64,000 bases of DNA from Vicugna vicugna (taxonomy: Eukaryota), in NCBI GenBank assembly GCA_013265495.1, contig MU057947.1, forward strand, positions 1,064,048 to 1,128,047, read 5' to 3'. The notes below the pieces were generated by a model that had not been told where the DNA came from, ran no database searches, and was given only the letters and a program-made list of their open reading frames with translations. Within the stretch, counting starts at the first letter, position 1. Each line of letters begins with the position of its first letter. A program made the translations under genes and the position numbers. This document shows, piece after piece, positions 12,097 to 22,852 of this stretch.

Positions 12097-12995
12097 TTAG
12101 AATAGCCCTTTCAATATTTCTTTTAGCATGGGTTTAGTGTTGCTAAACTCCTGCAGCTTTTTTTTGTCTGTGAAACTCTTTATTTCTCCTTCTATCCTAA
12201 AGGATAGCCTTGCTGGATAAAGTATCCTAGGCTGCATCTTTTTTTCATTCAGGGCTTTGAATATATCTTGCCACTCCCTTCTGGCCTGTAGTGTTTGTGT
12301 AGAGAAATCAGCTGAGAGCCTTATGGGGGTTCCCTTGTAGTTCACTCTTTGCTTTTCTCTTGCTGCCTTTAGAATCATTTCTTTATCCTTGACTCTGGCC
12401 ATCTTGATTATGATATGTCTTGGTGTGGGTCTATTTGGGTTCTTCCTGTTTGGGACCCTCTGAGCTTCCTGTACTTGGATATCTGATTCCTTCTTTAAGT
12501 TTGGGAAGTTTTCAGTCATGATTTCTTCAAAAACCTTTTCAATCCCCTTTGATCCTTCTTCCCCTTCTGGGACCCCTATTATGCGAAGATTGGGACGCTT
12601 TATATTATCCCATAGGTCCCTTATGCTATTATCATTATTTTTTATTTGCTTATCTTGTAGTTCTTCTGAATGGGTGCTTTCTGTTGCCCTGTCTTCTAGA
12701 TCACTAATTCGTTCCTCTGCATTAACTAGTCGGCTTTGCACAGCTGTTAGATCATTCCTCATCTCTGTCANNNNNNNNNNNNNNNNNNNNNNNNNNNNNN
12801 NNNNNNNNNNNNNNNNNNNNNNNNNNNNNNNNNNNNNNNNNNNNNNNNNNNNNNNNNNNNNNNNNNNNNNNNNNNNNNNNNNNNNNNNNNNNNNNNNNNN
12901 NNNNNNNNNNNNNNNNNNNNNNNNNNNNNTCTTTCAGGGGATTCCTCTTGTTCTTTTAATTGGGAAAGGTTTCTCTGCTTCTTCATCTTGCTCAT
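12097..12995 (-). CDS. LINE-1 ORF1p (coiled coil, RRM, CTD), interrupted by an assembly gap
   Basis: N-terminus MSKMKKQRNLSQLKEQEE (ATG 12995). After the gap: ERISDLED, LWDNIKRPNLRIIGVPEGEE, ENFPNL, TPRHII, ILKAAREK, PIRLSADFS, ARREW, YPARLSF. Frame across the N-run cannot be verified. Confidence 0.9.
12771..12929. other. Assembly gap (159 N) inside L1 ORF1
   Basis: Run of n characters. Confidence 1.
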
Positions 12996-14738
12996 ACCTC
13001 TCTGGCACTGTGGTTTATGGAGTATCAGTTGTCTATTTTGGATCTTAAGGATTTTATCTATCTAATGCCTATTTAGGAATAGAACTTAGGGAAAAAAAAA
13101 GAAAAAAAAAAAGAAAAAAAAGAAAATAAGAGAGAGAAAGATTTTTAAAAGAAGGGAGAAAGAGGGTTTGAAAACAGTGTATAATAATAGAAGAGCGGGT
13201 TGAAGCAGAGTATTAATCAGGTTGAGACGTCCTTTTAAAACATTTAAAAAAAAACAAAAGAAAAAAAAAGGGGTGGGGAGATGAATAGATGTATTTGAAG
13301 CCTGTGTCTAATCAATAACAGGACATCAAAACCCAAGAGAAATAGAAATGAATTAAGAAGTAAAAATTAAGAGAGTAATTGAAAATAGAACAGGTAAAAA
13401 CAGATTTAAAAAACAAACAAAAAACAAAAACAAAAAACAAAACAAAAAAAAGGGGTTGTCAGTGTTCTCCTGGAGTGTGTGTGCTTTTAATGTGAAATCC
13501 TTCTGTCTTCGTCCTGTTTTGGAAGCTCAGCTTGTTTTCATAGGCCTTCCGTTGGCGCCCTCTTCTGTGCTGCTCCCAGCACCTGTCGGCAAGCAGATCG
13601 AGCCTCCTCCCAACAGGGGGTCAGATGCAGCTCTCCTCTGCTGCGGGCGGGCGGGTCACTGCCCTTCCGGATGCCTCAGTCAGATGTTGCAGACTGGCCA
13701 GGCAGGAGGGCTGGTCGTGCCGCCTCCCAGCACCGCGGTCAGGGGCTGTGTTCCTGCCCGACAGGCGGGGGCCGCTCTCCCTCTGCCTGCGCCGCCGGTA
13801 GCTCCGCTGCTCTGTGCGGCTGCGCGCTCCGCCCTGGTCGGCGCTCCGCCCTGGCCGCGCTCCGCGGGTGGGCTCGGGGAAGACCAAGGGGCAGCCTCGT
13901 CCCTGCTCCAGCCAAGACCCAGCTCCTTGTTTGTCTTTGTGGAGCAAGTTCTCTGAGGGACCAGGATGGAAGGATCCTATCTGCCCTGGGCTGTAGGCCC
14001 GTCTCAGTCTGGCCTTTGAGGCTGCTGAGCGCTTCGGTGTGGATGCAGGTTTCGCCCCTGCCCCCGCCTGGGTGCTAAGCGCCGGAGAATATGGCGGCTG
14101 TGCCTGGGCCCCGCCTCTCTTCCCCTGAAAAGTTTCCGCGGGTTTTCAGAGATGGGGGTATGCACCCTTCCCCCGAGAGCACATCAACCTTGCTGTTTTA
14201 TGGAGGGCCCAGGTTGTTCTGTCCTGTACACCCACAGCCCCGGCGCCCAGCCCCTTGCAGTCCCCCGGAGCTGCCTCCGTGCAGCCGCCCCCGTCCTCCG
14301 CCCGGCTTGTGCAGCCTGGCCCTGCCCGCCGCTGCCGGCCCGCGTCTCAGGCTGGGTGTCGGGGGGACGCTCTGTGCCCGTTTAACTTAGTTCTGTCAGA
14401 CAAGGGCTGCTCTGTACAGATCCGAGCCTCGGAGGCTCCCCCTCCGTCCCGCTGGCCTCTCAATTGGAGAGGGGAGACCCAGCGAGCAAGCGCCAGTCCT
14501 CCTTTGCCGCTCCCTCCCCGCGGGACCCGTCCCGCGCTGCTTTGCCTTTTGTTCTTTCTTTTTTCCTTTTCTCCTACCAGATTTTTGGCGTCTTTATCTT
14601 TTGAAGAGGGTGATGATCTGTTGGAGTTCCGCAGGTGCTCTGGTTGGCTGAGTGGGTCTGTAGATGTGGGTCTTGGTGTATTTGTGGGAGAGGGTGACTT
14701 ACGAGTGTTCTTCTACTCCACCATCTTGCCTCTTCCTC
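12996..14738 (-). promoter_or_regulatory. L1 5'UTR / internal Pol II promoter, CpG-rich core ~13600-14540
   Basis: Lies upstream of ORF1; dense CpG; YY1-like CAAGATGG near the 5' end; A/T-run block at 13090-13450. Confidence 0.85.
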
Positions 14739-14746
14739 TATTTTTT

Positions 14747-14825
14747 ATTTTTTATTGAAGTATTGCCAGTTACAATGTGTTCGTTTCCCGTGTACAGCAT
14801 AGTGATTCAGTCATTCATGTACATA
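14747..14825 (-). mobile_element. Very short, older L1 3'-terminal fragment
   Basis: tttattgaagtattgccagttacaatgtg...tgtacagcatagtgattcagtc matches the L1 termini at ~42690 and ~57955. Candidate TSD cgtgtcctcatttcttt (7691-7707) / cgtgtcttcattcttt (14826-14841), followed by aaa. Confidence 0.75.
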
Positions 14826-14841
14826 CGTGTCTTCATTCTTT

Positions 14842-14961
14842 AAACGGGACTCTCAGTCTGTGTGACTGGGGACTTGTGAGGATAATGTGAAGTAATGCAG
14901 AGAATGCTCAGCGAAATGCTGGAAACACGGGCAAAGGCAAATCAGTATTAGCTACTATTAT
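14842..14961 (+). mobile_element. MIR SINE, right half
   Basis: aaacggga...ttgtgaggataatgtgaagtaatgca...gctcagc...tattagctactattatt continues the MIR consensus to its 3' end. Confidence 0.75.
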
Positions 14962-15392
14962 TGTGAAGGAAAAGCCCAGCTGGGCTAACAAGCTAAGTCA
15001 CAAATCTAAATGTAACAAGTGTCGGATTACTGATCTGAGTTCTGCTGGGCTAACTTGTAAATCTGAGTTAATTATTGCTGGTTTGCTGATTCCCTGTTCA
15101 TGTTTTTTTGCTAGCCAGCTGGATTTTCAAAGAGACATATCTGACCTTGAAATGTTGGTTTGCTGCCTCCCTGCCTCTACTTTTGTGATAATGATGTTGC
15201 TAAAGCTGTTCCATGCCTATTGGCCAAATACCCCAAGTTTGTAATTAACCCTATAAAACCTCATGCACACGTCTTGGAGGTGCTCAGAGCTTCGGAGCAG
15301 AAGCCCCTCTGAGCCCGCCGGCGTCATAAATCTGAGTACTCCAACCCTCCGAGTGGTGCTTGTTTCTTGGCTGGCCTGTCATTTCTGTAACA
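14962..15392 (+). mobile_element. Solo ERV LTR (class I/ERV1-like, 4-bp TSD), copy A
   Basis: TG...CA ends; TSD TTAT (14958-14961 / 15393-15396); ATTGG (inverted CCAAT); TATAAAA 15252-15258; CATAAA 15325-15330 at the polyA-signal position; homologous to 51830-52236. Confidence 0.88.
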
Positions 15393-16109
15393 TTATCTCC
15401 CTAAGTGGTTGTTGCTGTTTTTATTCGCGGTCCCCATCGAAGCCGCCCCGCCGTCCCAGCTCCTCGTGGTGGCAGAGGGCACATCAGAGCCAGCACTCGG
15501 GAAGCGTTTGCCTGGAAACTTCCACGCGACCCAAACTCGAGCAGAAGGGAAGGACGGGTAGCCCACGGGGCTGTTTAGATGTGTTTGTGCAGCTCTGAAG
15601 AGGCATGCGTGTGCTTTGTCTTTAAATTGAAATTTAATTTTGTTCTTTATGCTTCAAAGGGGAATTAGTGTGATTTTAATAGCAAATTTGTAATTGGCTT
15701 TAACTATTATTTATCGAAAGTGATTACGTTTCATGTTGACATCCAAAGTGGAAAGGCGTGAAGCCACTCGGTGGCAGAGCCGTGGTGCTTCAGCTGCCTT
15801 CCTGATCCTGCGCAAGCCGGTGTCACTTAGAGAAAACGGAGGGAGGTGTTATTAAGTTGGAAGCTGCCCAGAGTTTAAATGCACAGAACAAAAACCTGTG
15901 AATAATGAAGGTTTTTGAACTTTAATTTAGCATTAAATTACTGTGATGAAATATCCAAAATAAAGAGGCTTTTTGAATTCTGTTGTCTCTACACTCAGAG
16001 AAAAGTAGAATGAATATGCATGAAGCTGATGAGGGGGAGCCATGTAAGGCTTTTTAATTCCAAACTGCTAAGTGTTTTCAAAATAATGTTTCTGGAAAGT
16101 GATTTCAGT

Positions 16110-16251
16110 TGAATGGTATTGCTGCTTTAAAGGCAGGAGCGGCCGCAGTGTGGACTTGCCTGTGGAGTCAGCTGGCCCTGTGAATGGTATTGCTGCTTTA
16201 AAGGCAGGAGCGGCCGCAGTGTGGACTTGCCTGTGGAGTCAGCTGGCCCTG
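16110..16251. repeat. Perfect tandem duplication, 2 x 71 bp
   Basis: 16110-16180 is identical to 16181-16251. Confidence 0.97.
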
Positions 16252-16865
16252 ATGTGTTGCTGAGGAGAAACTTCTGCCTTCTCTTCCTCTCCCCCCATCG
16301 AGGGTCCTCCAGGCTTCCTAGAGAAAGCCTGAGGGTACTTGTTGATAACAAGTCATGTTTGTTTCTGTGACATATGGGCTTTTGATGGTTTCCCAGAGAA
16401 ATGCTTGAAAATACAAGTGCTTTCCCCAAATCCTCCAAATCCAGGTTTTCCCATGTTTTTGTAGCCAAACGACAGTACACGGATGCTCATGGTCTCAGAC
16501 ACTGGGGTTCACGGCTCTTGGGCTGATCCCTGGAGAAACAGGAGTCCTAATGTCAAGATGCTTTATTTTTAAGAAATGTTAAGTGTTGGCTATTTTTAAT
16601 ACAGTTACTTAGATTGTTTAAGTCTGGCCCGTGGCTGACACTTCACGTTGAACTCGGATACGCTGGTGTAAAGCCCACCTGGGATGGGCTGCTTCCATTT
16701 TCCCCTAGTTTTTTTTTTTTTTTTTTGGAATGTAATTGACGTGTAACATTGTGTAAGTTTCAGGTGCACAGCCCGCTGATCTGACGCGCTCACACAGTGC
16801 AAAGATGATTGCCACCCTAGCTTTAGCTAGCACCTCCGTAATGTCACATAATTGCCACTTCTTTC

Positions 16866-17046
16866 TCTCTTTTTTTTTTATAAAAGCCTTGTTGTTTCTC
16901 TTTAAAAAATTTTTTTTGCTAACTTTTTTTTTGGGGGGAGGAGATAATTAGGCTCATTTATTTACTTTAATGGACGTACTGGGGTTGATGGCAGGACCTC
17001 AGGCATGCAAAGCACGTGTTCTACCCGTGAGCTGTACCCTCCCCCC
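16866..17046 (-). mobile_element. tRNA-derived SINE, camelid Vic-1-like
   Basis: Minus strand reads ggggggagggtacagctcacgggtagaacacgtgctttgcatgcctgaggtcctgccatcaaccccagtac...aataaatgagcctaattatctcctcccccc followed by an A-rich tail; imperfect TSD gccacttcttt / accatttcttt. Confidence 0.8.
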
Positions 17047-17120
17047 ACCATTTCTTTTTGATGGTGAGAACGTTTAAGACCTACTTTCTCAGCAGCTTTC
17101 AAGTATGTAACACAGTATCG

Positions 17121-17220
17121 CTAACTGCGTTACCGTGCTGAGCATCAGCTCCCCAGCACTTACTCAGAGGCTAACTGCGTTACCGTGCTGAGCATCAGCT
17201 CCCCAGCACTTACTCAGAGG
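17121..17220. repeat. Perfect tandem duplication, 2 x 50 bp, inside an L1 3'UTR fragment
   Basis: 17121-17170 is identical to 17171-17220. Confidence 0.97.
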
Positions 17221-20200
17221 TCTTACAACTGGAAGTTTGTCCCCTTTGACTGACCTACTCCGTTCCTCCCCTGCGCCCCTCCAGCTCTGCTGACCACCAT
17301 TTCACTGTTTCCATGAATCTGGCTTTTCTTAGGTTTCACACATAAGTGGTGTTATCCAGTGTTTGTCTTTCCCTGTCCGACTTATCATGGGCTGTTCCTT
17401 AACCTCTGAGCCTTGGTCTTTCCAACTGAGAAGTGGGAGGATGGTGCGCACCCCCGGGGTGTGCGCGGGCTGCTGCACAGAGGCTAGTCTGTGGGCGGAG
17501 CTCTGATCAAGGGTGCCTGGCCTGGAGGCGCTTGGGAAATGCAGGTTCACCGTGTTCTCTTCTCGGTCGGTCGCTGGATACTTGATTTTAGTTGACAGAT
17601 GACGCCAATTCTACGTCAAATCCAACAACCCAGTCGGATTTTCATTTTTTAACTTTAAACTCATTTTAAATGAAAGCAGAATGCATCTATTTTTCTAATG
17701 TTGAATACATAAAATCTCGTTTTCTAATAGATTAAGTAAAATGTTTTTGAACATGTTTTATGCATGTATATGCCTTATAAGGGCAACTGTTCCGTTAATT
17801 TAGTTGAAGCAAATTTAATCGGAGCCAACGGCACAATTTGTTGGAGCCCCTGCCCCTCGAGTCCCCCCAGGTGCATCTCACACTACTTGGCTGTTTGCAC
17901 GTGGGTTCCTCTCCCAGATCCTGACTGTGTCTTGTCTCTCTGTGTCTAACACAGTTTCTGTCACATAGAAATTACTGAGTACATGTTTTCTGAAAAAGAA
18001 GCTGAAAATCTAATCCTTGAATGATGTGAGTTAACCACCCGGACCCAGTCCGTCAGGCCATGCTTCCAGTATGGCGCACGTTCCAGAGGGACTGTGTTCA
18101 GGTTGCGTTTTCCTGACCTGAATGCTAAGGCGGAGTTTCAGGTGCAGGAAAGGGGAAGGAAGCAGGACTGGGCAGAGGGAACTGACCTGCAGGCTGAGCC
18201 TTCCGGGCCGGGAGCTCTGGACGAACACCGCCCATCAGACCTGTCCTGCCCGGGGCCGACGTGGGGCTTTTACACCCCCGCCTGCTCCGTCGCTGGATAC
18301 CAGCTTTTCCAGGAAGGGCAAGCTGGTAAATGTTAACAGTGGGCTCTGTGGGGGAAAAGCTATGACTTGTAGCATTTGCCATTTTCCGTGGTGTAAATAC
18401 TCCTGCCAGGGAAGTAATTTATAGCTGCTACCGTGGCTGTCACGGAACACAGGTTTGGGAAGAGATGCATGCAGTTGGTTCTCATGAGCCAGAACTCAGG
18501 CTGTGCGCCAGGGGATGGCAGGCCCTCAGGTGGGGTGGCCCCCTGCGGCAGGCGGGCTCTGGTGGGCGGGCAGCTACACCTCCGTCTCCGCCCTGGGTCG
18601 GCCAGCCCTCCTCTGGAGGCAGGTCAGGTGCCACATCTCGCAGCTCCACAATTTACCTTTTGTGTAGCTTGGATTCCAGGAAGGATGAGTGGAGCAGGGT
18701 CAGGGGCTGATGGTGGCCGATCCGTTTCAGTCAGCCCCCAGGACAAGGCTTCTTGGTGCCGTTTGAAGATTTCCAGAACCAGCCAGTGCACTGAAACGTG
18801 AGAAACTGCTTAGAAATCCAACCCGCTTGCCATTTGCAGTGACGTGCCTGCTGGCCCGTGATGCTGACGGCTGGTGGCATCTCTTGTCCGCACGCCCCAT
18901 CCAGAAGCCCAAGGAACCCCAGAAGCCCAGCACCCCTCCCCAACCAGGCCTGCCACCCCTCCCCCAGTCAGGACCATCACTTACAGTCCCACCCGGGCCA
19001 GAAGTGTGGGTCACGGGGACCCCCACAGAGGGACCCGAAGTGGAGAGGTTCAGGAGGGATCTGTGAGGTGTGGACAGTTGATACCTAACGAAGGCTACGC
19101 AGAGTGAATGCACTTGATAGAGACTCGCGTTTCATACCAAGTGGTGAAAATGATTTGTTTTGTACTTGGACTTGAAAAATAACTAAACATTAGCAAATTT
19201 TAAGCTTATATTAAACAAAATTTAAGTTATGATTGCAACCATTTGCTAGGGCTTAGAATCAAAAATCATTTACTATTATCTCTGGTAAAATTTTTCCAGT
19301 AGAATTTTTGATAACACACGCGGGAATCCTTTACTTCGCACATGATGTGTGAAACACTCAGAGAGAGGCTCATTTTTGCACAAACACAAGGGCTTCCTCA
19401 CTCCCAAAGCTAAGTCAGAGATTTACGTAGGCGACAGGTATAAACCTGTCCAGAGAAATGAGTTCCCTATTTGTTTATCTGAATGTGTGCTTCCGTTGAT
19501 TTCCTATAATATTTTGTTTTTAGTGGTGATGACTTAGAGCATGAAGCCACCTGGTGGCCCCAGGACGTGACGCGGGCTTGCTGAGATGGGGAGATTTTGG
19601 TGCCTATCCTGAGAGTGGTTGAGGGGAGGCAGGGCCAGAAGGGAGTGACCACCTTGAGCTGATGTGGTCCCTCTCTGGGCTGTGTGGCCAAGCTTGATGG
19701 GGGCTCTTCTTGCCCCCCTTGGGTTCTCAGGGCTGATTTGGGTTCTGGGTGGTGGAAGCAGCCGTGGCCTCATTTACTGTCACACGATGAGGCAGACTCT
19801 GCAGGAGTCTGGCTGGAAGCCCTCACCACGTGCCTTTCATGCCCCAAACTCCAGTTATGAGACCTGCATCCCTTGACCTGAGGGCTTTCTCTGCAGCCTG
19901 AGCCCACTTGGCCTGGGTCCAAGCCCCATCCCAGGGAAGCTCTCAGCCAGCCACTGACCTGCGGGACGTGGTGGATAAAACCGCAGGTCCCTCCCCTGCC
20001 AGGTGGGCTACTCTGAGCTCCGTGTTCTGCGTGGTCCTGGGCTCCCTCGTGGGACTAAGCACCGTCTGCCCACAGTGTCACTTGCTCAGCAACACGTTCC
20101 TGTTTGTCTTCCCTCTCATTCCCAGGTTCCCATCCCACTCCCCCACCCCCAGCCAGTGCTTCCTGGGGTCACGTCCCACATAAACTGCTGGCATTCAGAT

Positions 20201-22410
20201 CTCTGCTGGCTTCTGGGTAAACCCAAACTAATCCATGGCGAGCCGTCCGTGTTTTAGGAGGGGCTGGCGCCAATTCAGAATGAGCCGTTTCATTTGTCAG
20301 GGAGAAACCCATCTGTTACACTTGAGACCAAAGCATCCCTCTGGAAAACTGCACCGCCAAGCCCTTCTGCATCTTTGGCTAAGCCGGTGAGGAGAGCTGC
20401 CCCGACGCCGGGATAGTCCTGGAGTCCACGCCGTGCCCGCTGGAGGCCTGGGGGTGGTTCTCCATCGCGGAGGGGATGAGGGGTTGGGAGAGGCTGAGTG
20501 TCCTCGTGGGGCTGAGCATGAGGGGCCCTTGCTCATCCCCTGTCAGTGTGGAAATTCAGTGTCAAGATCCCCAACCCCACCAAAGCTGTGGCACCATGTG
20601 CTCTTTTGGTTACAACCCGCCTGGAGCACGTGGCCCAATGTCAGTGATCCGTCCTTTCATTCACCCCTCTCGCGCATTGTTGCTGGCCACTGGAGACTGT
20701 CCCCCAATCTCCAGGTAGTTTATCCTCCAAACTTGAAGATTTTCTACCAGTTCAAAATAATTTCTTATATGTTCTTGAAAACAGCTGGCAAAGAGTTTTT
20801 CCCAATAATGGAATAAAAATAGATCCGTATTTAGGAAACCGTGCATCTTTGGATGTGAAAATTTGATCCATCTGGTGAGACACCAGTCACATTGTCTAGA
20901 ATCACACCTCGATGTGACTTTTTTCTTTCAAAGGAGGCTGTTGGGGACAACACTGAATTTTCTCAAGAAACTTGGTTTTTTTCTCCCTATGAGCTTGGAA
21001 ATACAAAAGAGCTTTTTTTTTTTTTTTGTATTTGGCAATAAATAAATAAATAAATAGCCTTCTCCATCCTGTAGAGGAAGGAAAAAAACCCACCACTTAC
21101 AAAATCTCTGGAAAAAGATTGAACTCAAGAAATCAGAATTCCAGGAAAAAGATTCTCCACACACGACCTGCCTACAAGGGTGTGTTGAACTTTTAAATGC
21201 AAATGTGCCAGAATCAATAGTTTTTTGAAAATGTACAGTGTGGTGGGTGAGTGCTGCCAATACAGCATAATTACCCGGCCCCCGGGAGCAGGAAGCCTTT
21301 TGATGAGAACCGACTTTGCCCTGATGAAAGGGGGCCCAGCTGCGAAGGGTTCACAGGGAGGAGGCTGCCAGGCTTGCCTGATGCCAGTGATCTTTCAACC
21401 AAAGGGCCCAGAAATCTTCTCCCTAGTAACCACAGAAAGTGGGCCATTACTAACCCGAAGAGTCATATCGATTTTAATTAATTTTACTCTCACTAGACTA
21501 AGCTTGAGAGTGGTTTGGGCTCAAGTATGTTTCTTTGCTGTTGATGGATCATTTGGATGGTCATTTGAAAGATGCATGTTTTCATGGGGGAAGCAGTGTT
21601 ATTTTTCGATAACTCCAATTCTGCAGAACTTGAATGGCATAAAGAGATGTTAGTGAACTTGAGTCTTTGGGAGCTCATGATCAACTGCTTTGCGTTCTGT
21701 GTCTCATTCCCTTGAAGGAAGGGTTCAGGGGAACCCTTGGTGTCTCTGTAGATACTCCGGCCGGTGGAGGTGGAAGTTCAGACTCCTGGGAATGGTTTTC
21801 CCAACGTGATGTCTAATATCCCTTGGTCCTCGATGGACCGGGCTGACCCCTGGCTTCATGGCCGGCTGTGACACTGCTGTGAGTCCACCACCCCACTCGG
21901 CGTGGCCCTTGGTGTGCGTGGATTTTGTGTGCTGTTATCGTCTCCTGTTTCCTGGGAACAAACATACATTCCTTTTTGCACAGAGAAAAGTACTCCCTGG
22001 CTTCCTTGCTCTCCCCTTTCTCACATGACCTCTCGGCGATGGGTGGGCGAGAAGCATCTCAAAGACATTCCTCTTGCCGCTGCGTCCCCGAGCCCAGCTG
22101 TTTACCCACAACTTTCTGTCCTCTGAGCCTTCAAGCTCTTCTCTACTTTCATTTTAGTTACTAGAAAAGGGATTTTTACCGAACATGCTCTTTTTTCTCT
22201 AAATCCTGGGACTTTCAGTTCAGTAGCTCCTTGTCTGTAACTTAGCCAGCTCTTGATGAAAAGAGATCAAATCACAGAGCCACAGAACTCCATCTTTTAG
22301 TCGGTAACAGAGTCCACATGTCTGGGTTTCTCCAGATTCCCCAAGGGAATCGTTTAAAGGCATTTCTTTGGAGCATTTTCCCAGAAATTAGATCTGGGAG
22401 CCACAGCTCC

Positions 22411-22852
22411 TGTGGGCGTTTCCTGGAGCTGCTGTGACTGATCCCTGCACACGGGGTCGCCTAAAACAACAGAAACGTGTTCTGTTACAGTTCAGGAGGC
22501 CGGACGTCCAAAGTCAAGGTGTCAGCGTGCTGTGCGCCACAGAGGCTGTAAGCGGGGTGGGGTCCTGGCCGCGTCTTCCAGCTTCTGGGGCATCTTCTGA
22601 CTCGCAGGTGCATTGTTGTAGCTCTGCCTTCCCTGCTCACGTGGCCTTCTTCCCTCTGTGCCTGGGTCGCCGCTGTGTCTCGTAGAGCGGCACCTACCCT
22701 GGGTTATGGCCGCCCTAAATCCAGGGTGATCTCACCTTGAGATCCTTAATTCTTTACCTCCGCCAAGATCCTTTTTCTGGATGAGGTCACATCCCCAGGT
22801 CCCAGGGTTTAGGACATGGGTACCTCTTCTTGGGGCCACAGTTCGACCCTCG
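22411..22852 (-). mobile_element. MaLR solo LTR (MLT1-type)
   Basis: aaaacaacagaaacg...aagtcaaggtgtcagc...gatctcaccttgagatccttaat...ggggccacagttcgaccc. Confidence 0.85.

Larger units (their letters stand above)
7715..14738 (-). mobile_element. Near full-length young LINE-1 (5'UTR-ORF1-long spacer-ORF2-3'UTR-short polyA)
   Basis: ORF1 and ORF2 in canonical order. The 5' end reads GAGGAAGAGGCAAGATGGTGGAGTAG on the minus strand (typical L1 start). Candidate TSD TATTTTTT at 7707-7714 and 14739-14746; T-run 7716-7723. Confidence 0.96.
16709..17388 (-). mobile_element. L1 3'UTR fragment (L1MA-like) hosting a SINE
   Basis: PolyT followed by gtaattgacgtgtaacattgtgtaagtttcaggtgcacag...; ends ...gtttgtctttccctgtccgacttat. 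Confidence 0.8.

Noticed and set aside
12518..13048. ORFs containing poly-X
   Set aside because: Artefacts of the N gap.
15263..15598. Duplicated peptide M.TSWRCSELRSRSPSEPAG (also 52107-52316) as a paralogous gene pair
   Set aside because: It is a translation of the shared LTR R/U5 region and diverges exactly at the LTR end.
16975..17046. tRNA gene
   Set aside because: It is the degenerate tRNA-derived head of the SINE, with an A-rich tail and TSD.
16110..17220. CRISPR-like or other prokaryotic repeat array
   Set aside because: Only head-to-tail two-copy duplications without spacers, in clearly mammalian DNA.
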